From positions 2,286-66,285 of the forward strand of contig JAIBBU010000014.1 of the NCBI GenBank assembly GCA_019694515.1: DNA of 64,000 bases, given 5' to 3'. Source of the DNA: Oligoflexia bacterium. GTDB lineage: Bacteria; Bdellovibrionota_C; UBA2361; JBGSMV01. The stretch's first letter is position 1; the number at the start of each line of letters is the position of its first letter. The notes beneath the pieces are model-generated. The model had not been told where the DNA came from, did not search any database, and saw nothing but the letters and a program-made list of their open reading frames with translations. The position numbers were made by a program, and so were the translations under genes. Below are positions 8,581-18,220 of the stretch, piece after piece.

Positions 8581-10131
8581 ATGCGCATCACTGCAGGCCC
8601 CATAAATCTGATTTTTGCCCTGCTGGTCGCCCTCGGCGCGATCGTCGCGACTTGGCGCTTTGACTTCGCCTACGATGACTTTTGGCAAATTGTGCGCAAC
8701 CAGCAGGTGGTGGCTGACAAGCCTGCGCTGGAGGTGAGCGCCGCGATCATACTTAATCCGACGGCACCAGGGAATTTATATCGGCCCATAGCGCTGTTGT
8801 CGTACTGGCTGGAATATTCCCTGGCCGGCTTAAATCCTGCAGTTTTCCACCTCACCAATGCACTGCTTTATGCGCTCGTATGCTGGCTAGTGCTGTGTCT
8901 TTATCAGCGCCTGCTAAGAGATCGCGAAGCCGCGTTGTTCGGCGCACTAATCTTTGCTGCACATCCGCTGCATGTCGAAGTTTTTGCAAACGTTGTAGGG
9001 CGAGCCGAAATTTTGGCGGCATTATTTGGATTAGGGGCTCTGCTGCTGCTGCTGGAGGATCAGCGCGCAGACTCTGGCGGACGGCCGCTACTAGCCGCAC
9101 TGCTTTGCAGCGGCGCCCTGCTTTCTAAAGAGACCGCAGTAGGTTTGATTATTTGTCTTCCTTTCTTTCTCCTTTCTCCGGAGATCGGCGCCGCCCGACG
9201 GCGAATAGCCTTGCTCGCGGCGGCCTTGGGTATGGCCATTTACTTGGCCTTGCGAATTAATGTTCTCGGCCCGGCAGTATTTCTAGGCGAAGCTTCCGTT
9301 CTAGGGCCGATCCCCGAAAACCCGATCGGACATATGAATTTTTTGCATCGACTGCTCCCGGCCCTGGCAGTACTGGGCAGCTACATCCGGCTGTGCTTCA
9401 TTCCTTGGCCGCTTTCAGCAGACTATTCCCTGATGCCGCGCGATCTGATTCTGCAAATCTTCTCCTTTTATGGAGTCCTCAGCGTTGTTATTTTCCTGCT
9501 ATTCGGTGCGCTAGCTTTGCGCTTTCGCCCCTGTCGGTGGGGAGCGCTTGGAATGTTGGCTATAATTGGCTTTCTACCCTCCTCTAATATCTTCTTTCCG
9601 ATCGGAACGCTGATGGCTGAACGATTGAGCTTCATCCCATCGATCGGCTACTGTGGCTTCATTGTGGGAGTTGTCGGCGCAGTTTTGCCCTCCAATCGCA
9701 TCAACCGCGCAGTCTTAATCTTGGTGGCGACAACATATCTGTGCTTGAGCGCAGCGCGAGTTCCGGTGTGGCAGGATAACTCCACGCTTTTTCGTGCCAC
9801 GGCCGAGGATGCGCCGCTCTCGCCTAAGGCCGCCTTCAACTGGGGAATCGAGCTGCAAAAAGCGGGCGCCTTTTACGCGGCGGAAAACAGTTTCCGCCGC
9901 ACCTTGGAGTTAAACCCAAAATATATTCCGGCCATGCGGTCGCTAGCGGAGGTCTTGTTGGTACAGGGAGTGCCGGGACGGGCAGAATATTGGTTAAGAC
10001 AGATATTGGAGATAGAGCCGCAGGATTCGGCGGCCCTGCAGGCCGTGGCGGCCCTGGAAAAGTTGAAGGTTGCAGCTCCAATTGCGGAAAAGCAAAAACC
10101 TGCTTCTGCGCGCTCCACCCCCAAGCAATGA
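8581..10131 (+). CDS. Polytopic membrane protein with C-terminal TPR repeats (TMTC/PMT-like GT-C glycosyltransferase candidate)
   Basis: 516 aa with about 10 TM helices. The segment YRPIALLSYWLEYSLAGLNPAVFHLTNALLYAL resembles TMTC/DUF1736-type proteins. The C-terminal ~110 aa hold TPR-like repeats (AENSFRRTLELNPKYIPAMRSLAEVLL...). Confidence 0.7.
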   Translation: MRITAGPINLIFALLVALGAIVATWRFDFAYDDFWQIVRNQQVVADKPALEVSAAIILNPTAPGNLYRPIALLSYWLEYSLAGLNPAVFHLTNALLYALVCWLVLCLYQRLLRDREAALFGALIFAAHPLHVEVFANVVGRAEILAALFGLGALLLLLEDQRADSGGRPLLAALLCSGALLSKETAVGLIICLPFFLLSPEIGAARRRIALLAAALGMAIYLALRINVLGPAVFLGEASVLGPIPENPIGHMNFLHRLLPALAVLGSYIRLCFIPWPLSADYSLMPRDLILQIFSFYGVLSVVIFLLFGALALRFRPCRWGALGMLAIIGFLPSSNIFFPIGTLMAERLSFIPSIGYCGFIVGVVGAVLPSNRINRAVLILVATTYLCLSAARVPVWQDNSTLFRATAEDAPLSPKAAFNWGIELQKAGAFYAAENSFRRTLELNPKYIPAMRSLAEVLLVQGVPGRAEYWLRQILEIEPQDSAALQAVAALEKLKVAAPIAEKQKPASARSTPKQ

Positions 10132-10212
10132 ATTGCACAGCGCCAGAAAGGGTTCAGCAAACCGGCAACAGGGATAGCGGCCGAATTAATTTTAAAGTTA
10201 TGCTATATCATC

Positions 10213-11163
10213 ATGGCCAGTTCGCTTTCTCCGTTACCGATCGTCTTTACTCACATTTCGGGAGACCGCAAGGCTTCGCCTCAGCTGCTTTGCGCTTTAG
10301 TTCAAGCGCGCCTCACCAATCCCGCGCAGAATGTTATTCTAATTAGCAATCTGAAAGATTTTCGAGTACAGTGCGCACCCGAATTCGACCGCGGCTTTCA
10401 CTACGAAAATCTCGAAGATTACGCTGACTCCTTCGTGCCCTTTCGCCACCGCTATTTCCACCTGAGCGTAAATCCTCTGTGGTACGAGAGGTTCTGCTTT
10501 GAGCGCTGGTTTATCTTGCGTGAATTCTGCCGACGAAACGGCTGCGAACGAGTAGTCTATTGCGATTCCGATGTACTGATTTACTCAGATTTGGTCGAGG
10601 CGCTGAAAGCATGGCAGGGGGCGGACTATTTGAACGTTACCCGCGGCTGCTGGAGCACGGCGGTTTTTAATCGCATGTCGGCGTTAGATGGCTTCTTAGA
10701 ACTACTGATGGAAATGTTCGCCCGCAACTCGGTGCTGTGGCAGGAAACTTTGGATCGGTTGGGTTTCATGCGCCCTTACGATGGGGCGGCCAGCTCCGGA
10801 ATCGATAACTTAACTGATATGTTCGCGATAAGAATCTTCAATGATTTGCGACCCGAAATAAAGGGCGATCATCTTTACAGCATTAAAGACGGCGGCTGCT
10901 TTGATCGGAACATTTCAATCTCAGCTCCAGAAACACCTCTAGATCCGGAATTTGAAGCCCATGGAGATCGCAAGCGGCTGAGCTGGCAAGACGGAGTTCC
11001 GTATGCCGTGGCCCGCCCCGATGTCGGCCCTGTTCGTATGCACTGTCTGCACTACCAGGGCAACGCCAAGGCTTACATGATCGATTATTTCCTGAAACAG
11101 GCGCCGCCCTGGTTCGCGAAGCTCGGCATAAACGCGTCGATGCCGAATTTCCAGTCGGCCTAG
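10213..11163 (+). CDS. Hypothetical protein, possible DXD-type nucleotide-sugar transferase
   Basis: 316-aa ORF with a coding-like composition. The motif VVYCDSDVLIYSD contains DXD. The family assignment is weak. Confidence 0.5.
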   Translation: MASSLSPLPIVFTHISGDRKASPQLLCALVQARLTNPAQNVILISNLKDFRVQCAPEFDRGFHYENLEDYADSFVPFRHRYFHLSVNPLWYERFCFERWFILREFCRRNGCERVVYCDSDVLIYSDLVEALKAWQGADYLNVTRGCWSTAVFNRMSALDGFLELLMEMFARNSVLWQETLDRLGFMRPYDGAASSGIDNLTDMFAIRIFNDLRPEIKGDHLYSIKDGGCFDRNISISAPETPLDPEFEAHGDRKRLSWQDGVPYAVARPDVGPVRMHCLHYQGNAKAYMIDYFLKQAPPWFAKLGINASMPNFQSA

Positions 11164-11301
11164 GCTGAAGTTTTACCTCGCCGCATCAGCAAGCTGATTC
11201 CGAAGCCATTTCCGATCTCTGACGCCGACAGCTGAGATTCTGCCCACCCCGCGCCTGCTTTAGTTCGCTGCGCAGAGCGGTTATCGGGAGCTTGCTAATT
11301 C

Positions 11302-11643
11302 CTACTTCGCCGGGGCGCTAAGTGGTGCCGGCGCATGCCGCATCGGATTGTCAATAAATACCCCGCCTAGCAGCGTTGCCAGAAGCAGGATCGGGAAGAA
11401 CGCATAGACCCAGGTAAGCGGGTTCTCGTACTTCAGATGCATGAAAAACAGCGCGACTAGGAGCGCCTTACAAGACGCTACGAGCATCGCAACCACAATG
11501 TTCATGCTCCCTAGGTCAACCAGCGACACCGCCACGGTCACGATGGTCAAAAAAACCAAGGTCGCAAAAACCTTCTTGAAAATCGATGCCGGGACGATAT
11601 GTCCTAACCCTTGGCCGTGAGAATCAGAGTGTGAGTGGCTCAT
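11302..11643 (-). CDS. Cytochrome c oxidase subunit IV (prokaryotic small subunit)
   Basis: 113 aa with 3 TM helices. It contains FFMHLKYENPLTWVY, typical of bacterial COX4-type subunits, and lies directly downstream of subunit III. Confidence 0.75.
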   Translation of the reverse strand: MSHSHSDSHGQGLGHIVPASIFKKVFATLVFLTIVTVAVSLVDLGSMNIVVAMLVASCKALLVALFFMHLKYENPLTWVYAFFPILLLATLLGGVFIDNPMRHAPAPLSAPAK

Positions 11644-11664
11644 GCTGCGCTCCTTAAACTGTAA

Positions 11665-12351
11665 TTAATGTCCGAACGGCGTGTGCCAGCTCGGATGACC
11701 GACCAGATAAAGCAACGGAAAAAGATAAATCCAGATTAAATCGACCAAATGCCAGTATAAGGCCCCCACTTCAACCGGAGTGTAATATTCCTTAGAGTAA
11801 CGGTTGACCCGTGCTTTTCTCAAAGCCCAGGCCAGAAGCCCCATGCCCAAAATCACATGCAAGGCATGCAATCCCGTCATACAGAAATAGAGACCAAAAA
11901 AGCTCTTGTAGTGTGCATTAAACTGCGGATCGTTCCACTCCGCGCTGGAGGGCCAGATCCCATGCACGTACTTGGCTCGATATTCGATAAATTTGATGAT
12001 TAAGAAGATAAATCCGCAGCCAATCGTAATCGCCAGCAATCTGAAGACGCGCTGATTATTTCCCTTCTGAGCTGCCTCTACCGCCATCGCGGCAGTAAAG
12101 CTGCTGAAGAGAAGCACCAAGGTGTTCAGAGCGCCCCAGCCCCAGGCCAGCTGCTGGCTGGCATGTTCGAATGCCTCCAGATACATCCAGCGAAAGAGCG
12201 CAAAAGCTGCGAATAGTCCGCCAAACAGCAAAATTTCGGTGGCTAGAAATAACCACATGCCGAGCTTGGCAGCGCTATAGGCCGTCGGCGCATCCATGTG
12301 ATGCACATGCGGCGGTCCCTGATAATTCTCTGCGGTGGAGTGACTGCTCAT
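11665..12351 (-). CDS. ctaE: Cytochrome c oxidase subunit III
   Basis: 228 aa and polytopic. Motifs YWHLVDLIWIYLFPLLYL and GLHALHVILG are characteristic of subunit III. It sits in the cox operon. Confidence 0.9.
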   Translation of the reverse strand: MSSHSTAENYQGPPHVHHMDAPTAYSAAKLGMWLFLATEILLFGGLFAAFALFRWMYLEAFEHASQQLAWGWGALNTLVLLFSSFTAAMAVEAAQKGNNQRVFRLLAITIGCGFIFLIIKFIEYRAKYVHGIWPSSAEWNDPQFNAHYKSFFGLYFCMTGLHALHVILGMGLLAWALRKARVNRYSKEYYTPVEVGALYWHLVDLIWIYLFPLLYLVGHPSWHTPFGH

Positions 12352-12372
12352 ACTTTTCTTCTCCGGAAAACT

Positions 12373-14034
12373 TTAATGCGCTAATCCTTCGACCGGGCGG
12401 CCGTAATTATAGGTACCTTCCGTCACGATCGGGGTTTCGGCGAAATTTTCGGTGATGGGAGGCGAAGCCGTCTTCCACTCCAGCGACAAAGAATTCCAAG
12501 GATTCGCGGGCGCCTTCACTTTGCTGAACATGGCTGCGTAGAAAAGGTTGAGCAGCGCAAAGGTGTAACCGAACCCATTGATGAACGACCCTACCGTAGA
12601 CAGCATATGCATCGGTTGGAACTGCGGCAGATAATCAAAATAACGCCGCGGCATACCTTCCATTCCCAAAATGAATTGGGGAATAAAGGTCAAATTGAAA
12701 CCAGCGAATACCAACACCCATCCGATCTTTCCAGCCAGCTCGTTGTACATCTTCCCGGTGATCTTTGGGAACCAGAAGTGCAGGCCGGCCATCAACCCGA
12801 TTACCGCACCACCCTGAATCGTGTAATGGAAGTGCGCTACTACAAAATAGGTATCGTGATAGAAAACATCGACCGCCAAGGTAGCAAGGAAGATGCCGGT
12901 AGTGCCCGCAACCATGAATAGAAACACAAAGCCCATCGCGTATAGCATCGGCGTGGTGAAGCTGATCGAGCCTTTGTACATGGTACTGACCCAGTTAAAA
13001 ACCTTTACGGCAGTAGGCACAGCTACGCCGAAGGTTATGACCGAGAAAGCGATCGCAGAGAAATCGGAAATTCCGGCCACGAACATGTGATGCGCCCAGA
13101 CAAAGAAGCCTACGATCGCAATCGCCAGCGAAGCGTAGCAGACCATCTTGTAACCGAAGAGCGGCTTGCGGGAGAACACGGGAATAATTTCTCCCACGAT
13201 TCCAAATGCCGGTAACACCATGATGTAAACGACCGGATGCGAGTAGAACCAGAACATATGCTCATACAACACCGGATCGCCGCCCAGCTTAGCGTCGAAA
13301 ATTCCGACACCCATGAGACGCTCCATAATCACTAACAGCAGCGTAATGCCGACTACCGGAGTAGCAAGCGTTTGGATCACGGCGGTGGCATACGATCCCC
13401 AAATGAAAACCGGCAGACGATCCCAGGTCATACCGGGGGCCCGCAGCTTGTGAATCGTCACGATGAAATTGAGTCCCGTCAGAATCGAAGAAAATCCAAG
13501 GACGAACGCAGCGAAAACCATCCAGGGGATGGCGGCGCCGGTATCCAAGCTGTAAGGCGCATAAAAAGTCCAGCCCGTATCGGCCGGTCCGGTAAAGCCC
13601 AGGGATTTTAGAAAGCTGAGCGTCTCCACCGGGGGAATAACCGCAATTACCGCGATAATAGCCCCGATCACATAGATGTAGTAGCTAAGCAGATTCAACC
13701 GCGGAAAGGCGACATCTTTTGCTCCAATCATCAGCGGAATCAAAAAATTTCCGAGCGTCGCCGGAATCCCGGGAACGATAAAAAGGAAGATCATCAAGGC
13801 CCCGTGCAGCGTAAACAAGACATTGTATTGCTGCGCCTTTAGAAAATCCGGGCCCGCATGCGCAAGCTCCGTGCGCATAATCAACGCCGATATTCCTGCC
13901 ACAAAGAAGAAGAGCAGGATTGTAAAGAGATACATCAGACCGATGCGCTTGTGATCCGTCGTTGTAACCCAAGACCACAGACCGCTGGGGTTATGTAAAT
14001 AGTCGCCCTGAGTATTGTGCTGCGTATCGCTCAT
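12373..14034 (-). CDS. ctaD: Cytochrome c oxidase subunit I, A2-type (YS motif)
   Basis: 553 aa. Haem-copper oxidase motifs are present: WFYSHPVVY (CuB His-Tyr region, nt 13225-13254), WAHHMF and HFHYT. Confidence 0.95.
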   Translation of the reverse strand: MSDTQHNTQGDYLHNPSGLWSWVTTTDHKRIGLMYLFTILLFFFVAGISALIMRTELAHAGPDFLKAQQYNVLFTLHGALMIFLFIVPGIPATLGNFLIPLMIGAKDVAFPRLNLLSYYIYVIGAIIAVIAVIPPVETLSFLKSLGFTGPADTGWTFYAPYSLDTGAAIPWMVFAAFVLGFSSILTGLNFIVTIHKLRAPGMTWDRLPVFIWGSYATAVIQTLATPVVGITLLLVIMERLMGVGIFDAKLGGDPVLYEHMFWFYSHPVVYIMVLPAFGIVGEIIPVFSRKPLFGYKMVCYASLAIAIVGFFVWAHHMFVAGISDFSAIAFSVITFGVAVPTAVKVFNWVSTMYKGSISFTTPMLYAMGFVFLFMVAGTTGIFLATLAVDVFYHDTYFVVAHFHYTIQGGAVIGLMAGLHFWFPKITGKMYNELAGKIGWVLVFAGFNLTFIPQFILGMEGMPRRYFDYLPQFQPMHMLSTVGSFINGFGYTFALLNLFYAAMFSKVKAPANPWNSLSLEWKTASPPITENFAETPIVTEGTYNYGRPVEGLAH

Positions 14035-14044
14035 AACTACTCCC

Positions 14045-15334
14045 TTACTTTACGGTCTTTAGAAATTCTATGATGTCGGACACTTCGGCATCGCTCAGCT
14101 GGCCCTGATATGCCGGCATTGCTGGCGGATAGCCTTCCACCACCTTGGCCGCGCTATTCAAGATCGACTCCTTAATATAGGCATCGTCCGCGACAATCTC
14201 CTGTCCAGTGGTTATCTTTTGTTTGCGCCCGTACACACCCTTGAAGCTGGGGCCCACGATGCGGCTGCCATCTAGGCTGTGACAGGTCACGCATACCTTC
14301 TCGTTGTAGAGCTTCTTCCCCCGATCGGCAGGCGACATTCCTGCCAACGCTGCCGGATCAGCAGGCGCTGCGGCGGCCTGTTCCTGCTTGGCGGTCGTCA
14401 AGCTCTTGATGAAGGCTTCCAGCGCCTGGATTTCATCGTCGCTCACCTGGCCCTCGAATGCCGGCATCAAATTGGGCGGATAGCCCTTCACGATCTTGGC
14501 ATTCGGATGCAATATTGATTCTTGCAAATAATTCTCGTCGACAGTCACGGAGGTGCCGTCAGCCAGCTGTTCGTTACGGCCAAACAGTTTAACAAAGGAG
14601 GGAGCAATCGCGGAGGAGCCATCTAGCTTATGGCAGGCATTGCAGCCCTTTTGATTATAAAGCTTCTCGCCGCGCTCTGCCGGGGTCACGCGTGACAGCG
14701 CTATCTCCTCGCTGCGATCATTGACCCAGCGGTCATACTCCGCCTGCGACACGACGTGCAATGTCGCCAACATACCGGAGTGTTCCATGCCGCAGTATTC
14801 AGTGCAGAAAGTCTGATAAACACCGGTCTTAATCGGCGTAAAATATAATGCGTTGTAGGCGCTCGGCAGCACATCGCGCTTTACCCGCATCGCCGGCAGG
14901 AAGAAGCTATGCAGCACGTCCCTAGATTTCATGATTAGCTTGACCGGACGATTCACCGGCACATAAAATTCGGCGGTGGTTTTCTTGCCGCTAGCATATT
15001 CAAAATCCCACTTCCACTTCTGCGCCCAGACATTGATTTCTAATGCGTTCGCCTTTTCTTCCCGCATCTGCGCATAGAAAGCCACGCCATAGTAGGCGAT
15101 GAATACGCAAATCACCGTGGGCACGATCGTCCAGACCGCTTCTAGGGCATTGCTGCCTTCAATCCGCGGCGTCTCGTGATCGACGCCGTCCCTCCGGCGG
15201 TAACGCACGGCGAAATAAACCATCGCGCCGACAATCGCGACCGTAAAGAAAACGGAGAGCCACAAGATCAGGCTATTCAGCCAATCGATATTGCTCGCAA
15301 TCTCCGATGCTTGTTCCGGCATGAAATTAAACAT
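14045..15334 (-). CDS. ctaC: Cytochrome c oxidase subunit II with two C-terminal cytochrome c domains
   Basis: 429 aa with two N-terminal TM helices. The CuA site is CTEYCGMEHSGM. Two CXXCH motifs are present: CNACH (nt 14630-14644) and CVTCH (nt 14279-14293). Confidence 0.95.
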   Translation of the reverse strand: MFNFMPEQASEIASNIDWLNSLILWLSVFFTVAIVGAMVYFAVRYRRRDGVDHETPRIEGSNALEAVWTIVPTVICVFIAYYGVAFYAQMREEKANALEINVWAQKWKWDFEYASGKKTTAEFYVPVNRPVKLIMKSRDVLHSFFLPAMRVKRDVLPSAYNALYFTPIKTGVYQTFCTEYCGMEHSGMLATLHVVSQAEYDRWVNDRSEEIALSRVTPAERGEKLYNQKGCNACHKLDGSSAIAPSFVKLFGRNEQLADGTSVTVDENYLQESILHPNAKIVKGYPPNLMPAFEGQVSDDEIQALEAFIKSLTTAKQEQAAAAPADPAALAGMSPADRGKKLYNEKVCVTCHSLDGSRIVGPSFKGVYGRKQKITTGQEIVADDAYIKESILNSAAKVVEGYPPAMPAYQGQLSDAEVSDIIEFLKTVK

Positions 15335-15347
15335 CGCTCACTCCCTC

Positions 15348-16163
15348 TCAAGAAACTCGCTGTAAAGCACGCTCTCTTCTAAGCAGCGTGAAAATTAAAC
15401 CCCCGAGTAGTAATATTGTCAGCGCCCCGCCGGCTTTTAGCATCGCATACGCTGCCCAGGTATATTTGCCTTTCAAAGGATCGAAGCGGAAGCAGAATAA
15501 ATAGACATGATCCAGGGTTGAGCCAATAGCGCCTTTTGAAGCTTCAATTAAAGCCAGCCTGACATCCCAGGCTGAAAAATCGATGCCTGTAAAATACTGT
15601 GAGATCTCTCCTTGGGGTGTCAATAATATTAATGCCGCCGTGTGGGCGAACTCGCCGTTATCCTTACGGAAATGAAAGCCAATCTGCTGCATCAAAGCGT
15701 CAACACTGGCACCACCTCCAACCAGAAAGTGCCATGCGCCAGCGACAGCATCCGTCTTGGTCAGCCGGGAAATATATTGATCTCTGCGCTTCGCAGCAAG
15801 GGCGGGGCCTTCGGTCGCATCGAAGCTCACAGTAACAACGTTGTACTCCTTACCTAAGGTGAGCTCGATGGTATTTAAGAGTGAAACCACCCCGGAAAGG
15901 GTATATCCGCACAGGCGCGGGCACTGGTAGTAAACCGGAACGATTACGGTGGGCCGACCGTTAAGCAGCACTTCTCGAAGCTTGACCGCGGTGCCGTCGG
16001 AGTCGGTGAAAGGGAGCTCCAAGTCCACCTTAGCGCCAAGTTGGGTAGTTAGAGCTAGCTCGGGAACCACCTCCTCCGGTTTCTCCACCGCAGCCACACT
16101 GCCGGCCCAAACGAGCAGTAGGAGGACAATAAGATAGGATAACCGCACCATATTTCCGAACAT
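15348..16163 (-). CDS. SCO1/SenC family copper chaperone / thiol-disulfide protein
   Basis: 271 aa with a signal/anchor. The motif YYQCPRLCG is CxxxC, within thioredoxin-fold context. It is the first gene of the cox operon. Confidence 0.85.
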   Translation of the reverse strand: MFGNMVRLSYLIVLLLLVWAGSVAAVEKPEEVVPELALTTQLGAKVDLELPFTDSDGTAVKLREVLLNGRPTVIVPVYYQCPRLCGYTLSGVVSLLNTIELTLGKEYNVVTVSFDATEGPALAAKRRDQYISRLTKTDAVAGAWHFLVGGGASVDALMQQIGFHFRKDNGEFAHTAALILLTPQGEISQYFTGIDFSAWDVRLALIEASKGAIGSTLDHVYLFCFRFDPLKGKYTWAAYAMLKAGGALTILLLGGLIFTLLRRERALQRVS

Positions 16164-16323
16164 GGCCTAACCGAAAAAGTGAGGGCTGCGTGAAACGAAG
16201 TGGGATTATCGCGGATTAGATAGCCTCCTGCAAAGCCGCTGGATTCAGGAAAAGCAAACGATTACTGCCGTTAACAGGATTTTAAGGCATCCCTATAATT
16301 GTTCTCTATTAACATGCATCTGC

Positions 16324-16352
16324 TTGACATACCGAGCAATTATTAATATAGT
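16324..16352 (+). promoter_or_regulatory. Sigma70-like promoter TTGACA-17-TATAGT upstream of the DtxR-like gene
   Basis: TTGACA lies at 16324-16329, followed by a 17-nt spacer and TATAGT at 16347-16352. The palindrome TATTAATA overlaps the spacer/-10 junction. AAGGAG (16377-16382) precedes ATG 16388. Confidence 0.4.
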
Positions 16353-16387
16353 TCTGGCCACCCTTCCCAATCGTTAAAGGAGCCCCC

Positions 16388-16792
16388 ATGGACGTCTGGA
16401 AACAGTTTGAAGAGAACGGCATTACTCACAGCGCTGCGCATCACCTGCTGGCTGTGTTGGAGCTGCGCGAGACCAGGGGCTACGCCCGGGTTACCGATGT
16501 TGCTAAGCATCTAAATATTACCACCGGCAGCGCCTCGACTAACCTTAAGAGCCTTAAGAGCAAAGGCTTTATCGATGAGGACGACAACCGCTTCCTAACC
16601 CTCTCGCCCAGCGGAGAATCGTTGGCACGCGCGGTGATCTCCCGAAAGAAATTATTGATGCAATTTTTTATCGACGTGCTGAAAGTGTCCCCTGAACAGG
16701 CCGAGATCGACGCCTGCAAGACGGAGCACCTGATTAGCGCCGAGACCACCGGAAAATTGGATAAGTTCTTGAAGCAAGCAAAGGCAGCATGA
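16388..16792 (+). CDS. DtxR/MntR-family metal-dependent transcriptional regulator
   Basis: 134 aa. The N-terminal winged-HTH pattern is HSAAHHLLAVLELRETRGYARVTDVAKHLNITTGSASTNLKSLKSKGFI. Confidence 0.75.
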   Translation: MDVWKQFEENGITHSAAHHLLAVLELRETRGYARVTDVAKHLNITTGSASTNLKSLKSKGFIDEDDNRFLTLSPSGESLARAVISRKKLLMQFFIDVLKVSPEQAEIDACKTEHLISAETTGKLDKFLKQAKAA

Positions 16793-17226
16793 CAATCAAA
16801 ACTAACCTCAAAGATTCCCTCAAGACCGCCATGAAGTCTCGCGATCAGGTGCGGGTCGAAACCATTCGCGGATTGCTATCGGCGATGCAATACGAGGAGA
16901 TCCAAAAGGGCCTGGAGGATTTGCCGGACGAGGCCACCACCTCCATTCTGCGTACTGAGATAAAGAAGCGCCGTGAAGAACAGGAGTTTGCCGAGAAGGC
17001 CTCGCGTCAGGAAATTCTTGAAAGCTTGGCAAAACAGATTGAAGTGATTGAGTCATTCCTGCCCTCTCAATTAACGGCGCAGGCGCTTGAAAAGATCCTG
17101 GCCGATTTAAAGACTACTAACCCCGCTCTCAACATGGGCGGAGCGATGAAGCTCTTAAAGGACACCTACTCCGGACAATACGACGGTAAAGTAGCAAGCG
17201 AGATTGCTAAGCGCATCTTGGGCTAA
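16789..17226 (+). CDS. yqeY: GatB/YqeY domain protein
   Basis: 145 aa. The start LKDSLKTAMKSRDQVRVETIRGLLSAMQYEEI is typical of YqeY. Its ATG overlaps the upstream stop (ATGA). Confidence 0.85.
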   Translation: MTIKTNLKDSLKTAMKSRDQVRVETIRGLLSAMQYEEIQKGLEDLPDEATTSILRTEIKKRREEQEFAEKASRQEILESLAKQIEVIESFLPSQLTAQALEKILADLKTTNPALNMGGAMKLLKDTYSGQYDGKVASEIAKRILG

Positions 17227-17229
17227 GCC

Positions 17230-18150
17230 ATGATTGGGCCGAAACGCCGGATTGCCATTTCAGGTTCTACCGGACTGATCGGTCAGGCCTTAATTCCATT
17301 TCTTCGTCTGCATGGCTATCACGTCATCAAATTGATACGAGGAGGTAGCACGCTCTCCGAGGAGGATGCCTTTTGGAACCCTCAATCCGGGCAGATTGAG
17401 GCTGCGAAGCTCGAAGGTATTTACGCCTTGATTAATCTTAGCGGCGAAAACATCGCCGCAGGACGTTGGAGCTCCGCGAGAAAGACGCGCATTCGTGAAA
17501 GCCGGGTCCAAAGCACCGCGCTGCTAAGTTCCACCATCGCCCAACTGTCACAACCGCCCAAGGTTTTTATCTCTGCTTCGGCCGTGGGAATCTACGGTGA
17601 CCGCGGGGCACAGTTCGTTCGCGAGAGCGACCCGCCCGGACAAGGATTTTTAGCCGAAGTCGGTAAAGCATGGGAGGCAGCCGCACAGCCCGCAGCTGCG
17701 GCCGGCATTCGCACGATTCTGCTGCGCACCGGCATGGTCTTGAGCTTACAGGGCGGGGCCCTTAAGCAGATGTTACTGCCTTTCAGATTGGGACTGGGGG
17801 GCAGATTCGGAAGCGGCTCGCAATACATGAGCTGGATCGTCTTGGAAGATCTATTGGGGATTATTAAATTCGCGCTCGAAACCGCGGACTGCGCAGGTGC
17901 GCTGAACGCAGTTGCCCCTGAGCCGGTCTCGAATGCGGAATTCACTCGAATTCTTGCGTCAGCCCTGCGCCGCAGAGCGCTGCTGCCCGTACCTGCAGTG
18001 CTGCTCAAGATCGTCCTAGGCGAGATGGCGGAGGAGCTGCTGCTAGGTAGTATCCGGGCGATTCCCGAACGACTGCGCACGCTTGGGTTTGCCTTTAAGC
18101 ACCCGGAGCTGGCCCCCGCGCTGGCTACGCTGCTGCAAAAGCCGGCCTGA
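17230..18150 (+). CDS. TIGR01777/YfcH-type NAD-dependent epimerase-family protein (with a DUF1731-like C-terminus)
   Basis: 306 aa with the Rossmann motif ISGSTGLIGQAL. The length and C-terminal region match the YfcH family. Confidence 0.8.
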   Translation: MIGPKRRIAISGSTGLIGQALIPFLRLHGYHVIKLIRGGSTLSEEDAFWNPQSGQIEAAKLEGIYALINLSGENIAAGRWSSARKTRIRESRVQSTALLSSTIAQLSQPPKVFISASAVGIYGDRGAQFVRESDPPGQGFLAEVGKAWEAAAQPAAAAGIRTILLRTGMVLSLQGGALKQMLLPFRLGLGGRFGSGSQYMSWIVLEDLLGIIKFALETADCAGALNAVAPEPVSNAEFTRILASALRRRALLPVPAVLLKIVLGEMAEELLLGSIRAIPERLRTLGFAFKHPELAPALATLLQKPA

Positions 18151-18220
18151 CCAAATCTTTACTGTCACGGTCCTTTCGGGGTATTTTCACCGAAATATGC
18201 CGCTTTTTGTGGGGAATTAT

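Noticed and set aside
17592-18080. 162-aa minus-strand ORF
   Set aside because: It lies antisense and entirely inside the well-supported yfcH-like CDS. It has an Ala/Ser/Arg/Pro-rich shadow-frame composition and no motifs.
18083-18220. N-terminal extension of the LivK-like ORF
   Set aside because: The extension overlaps the yfcH 3' end and has no signal peptide. ATG 18221 gives a classical signal peptide.
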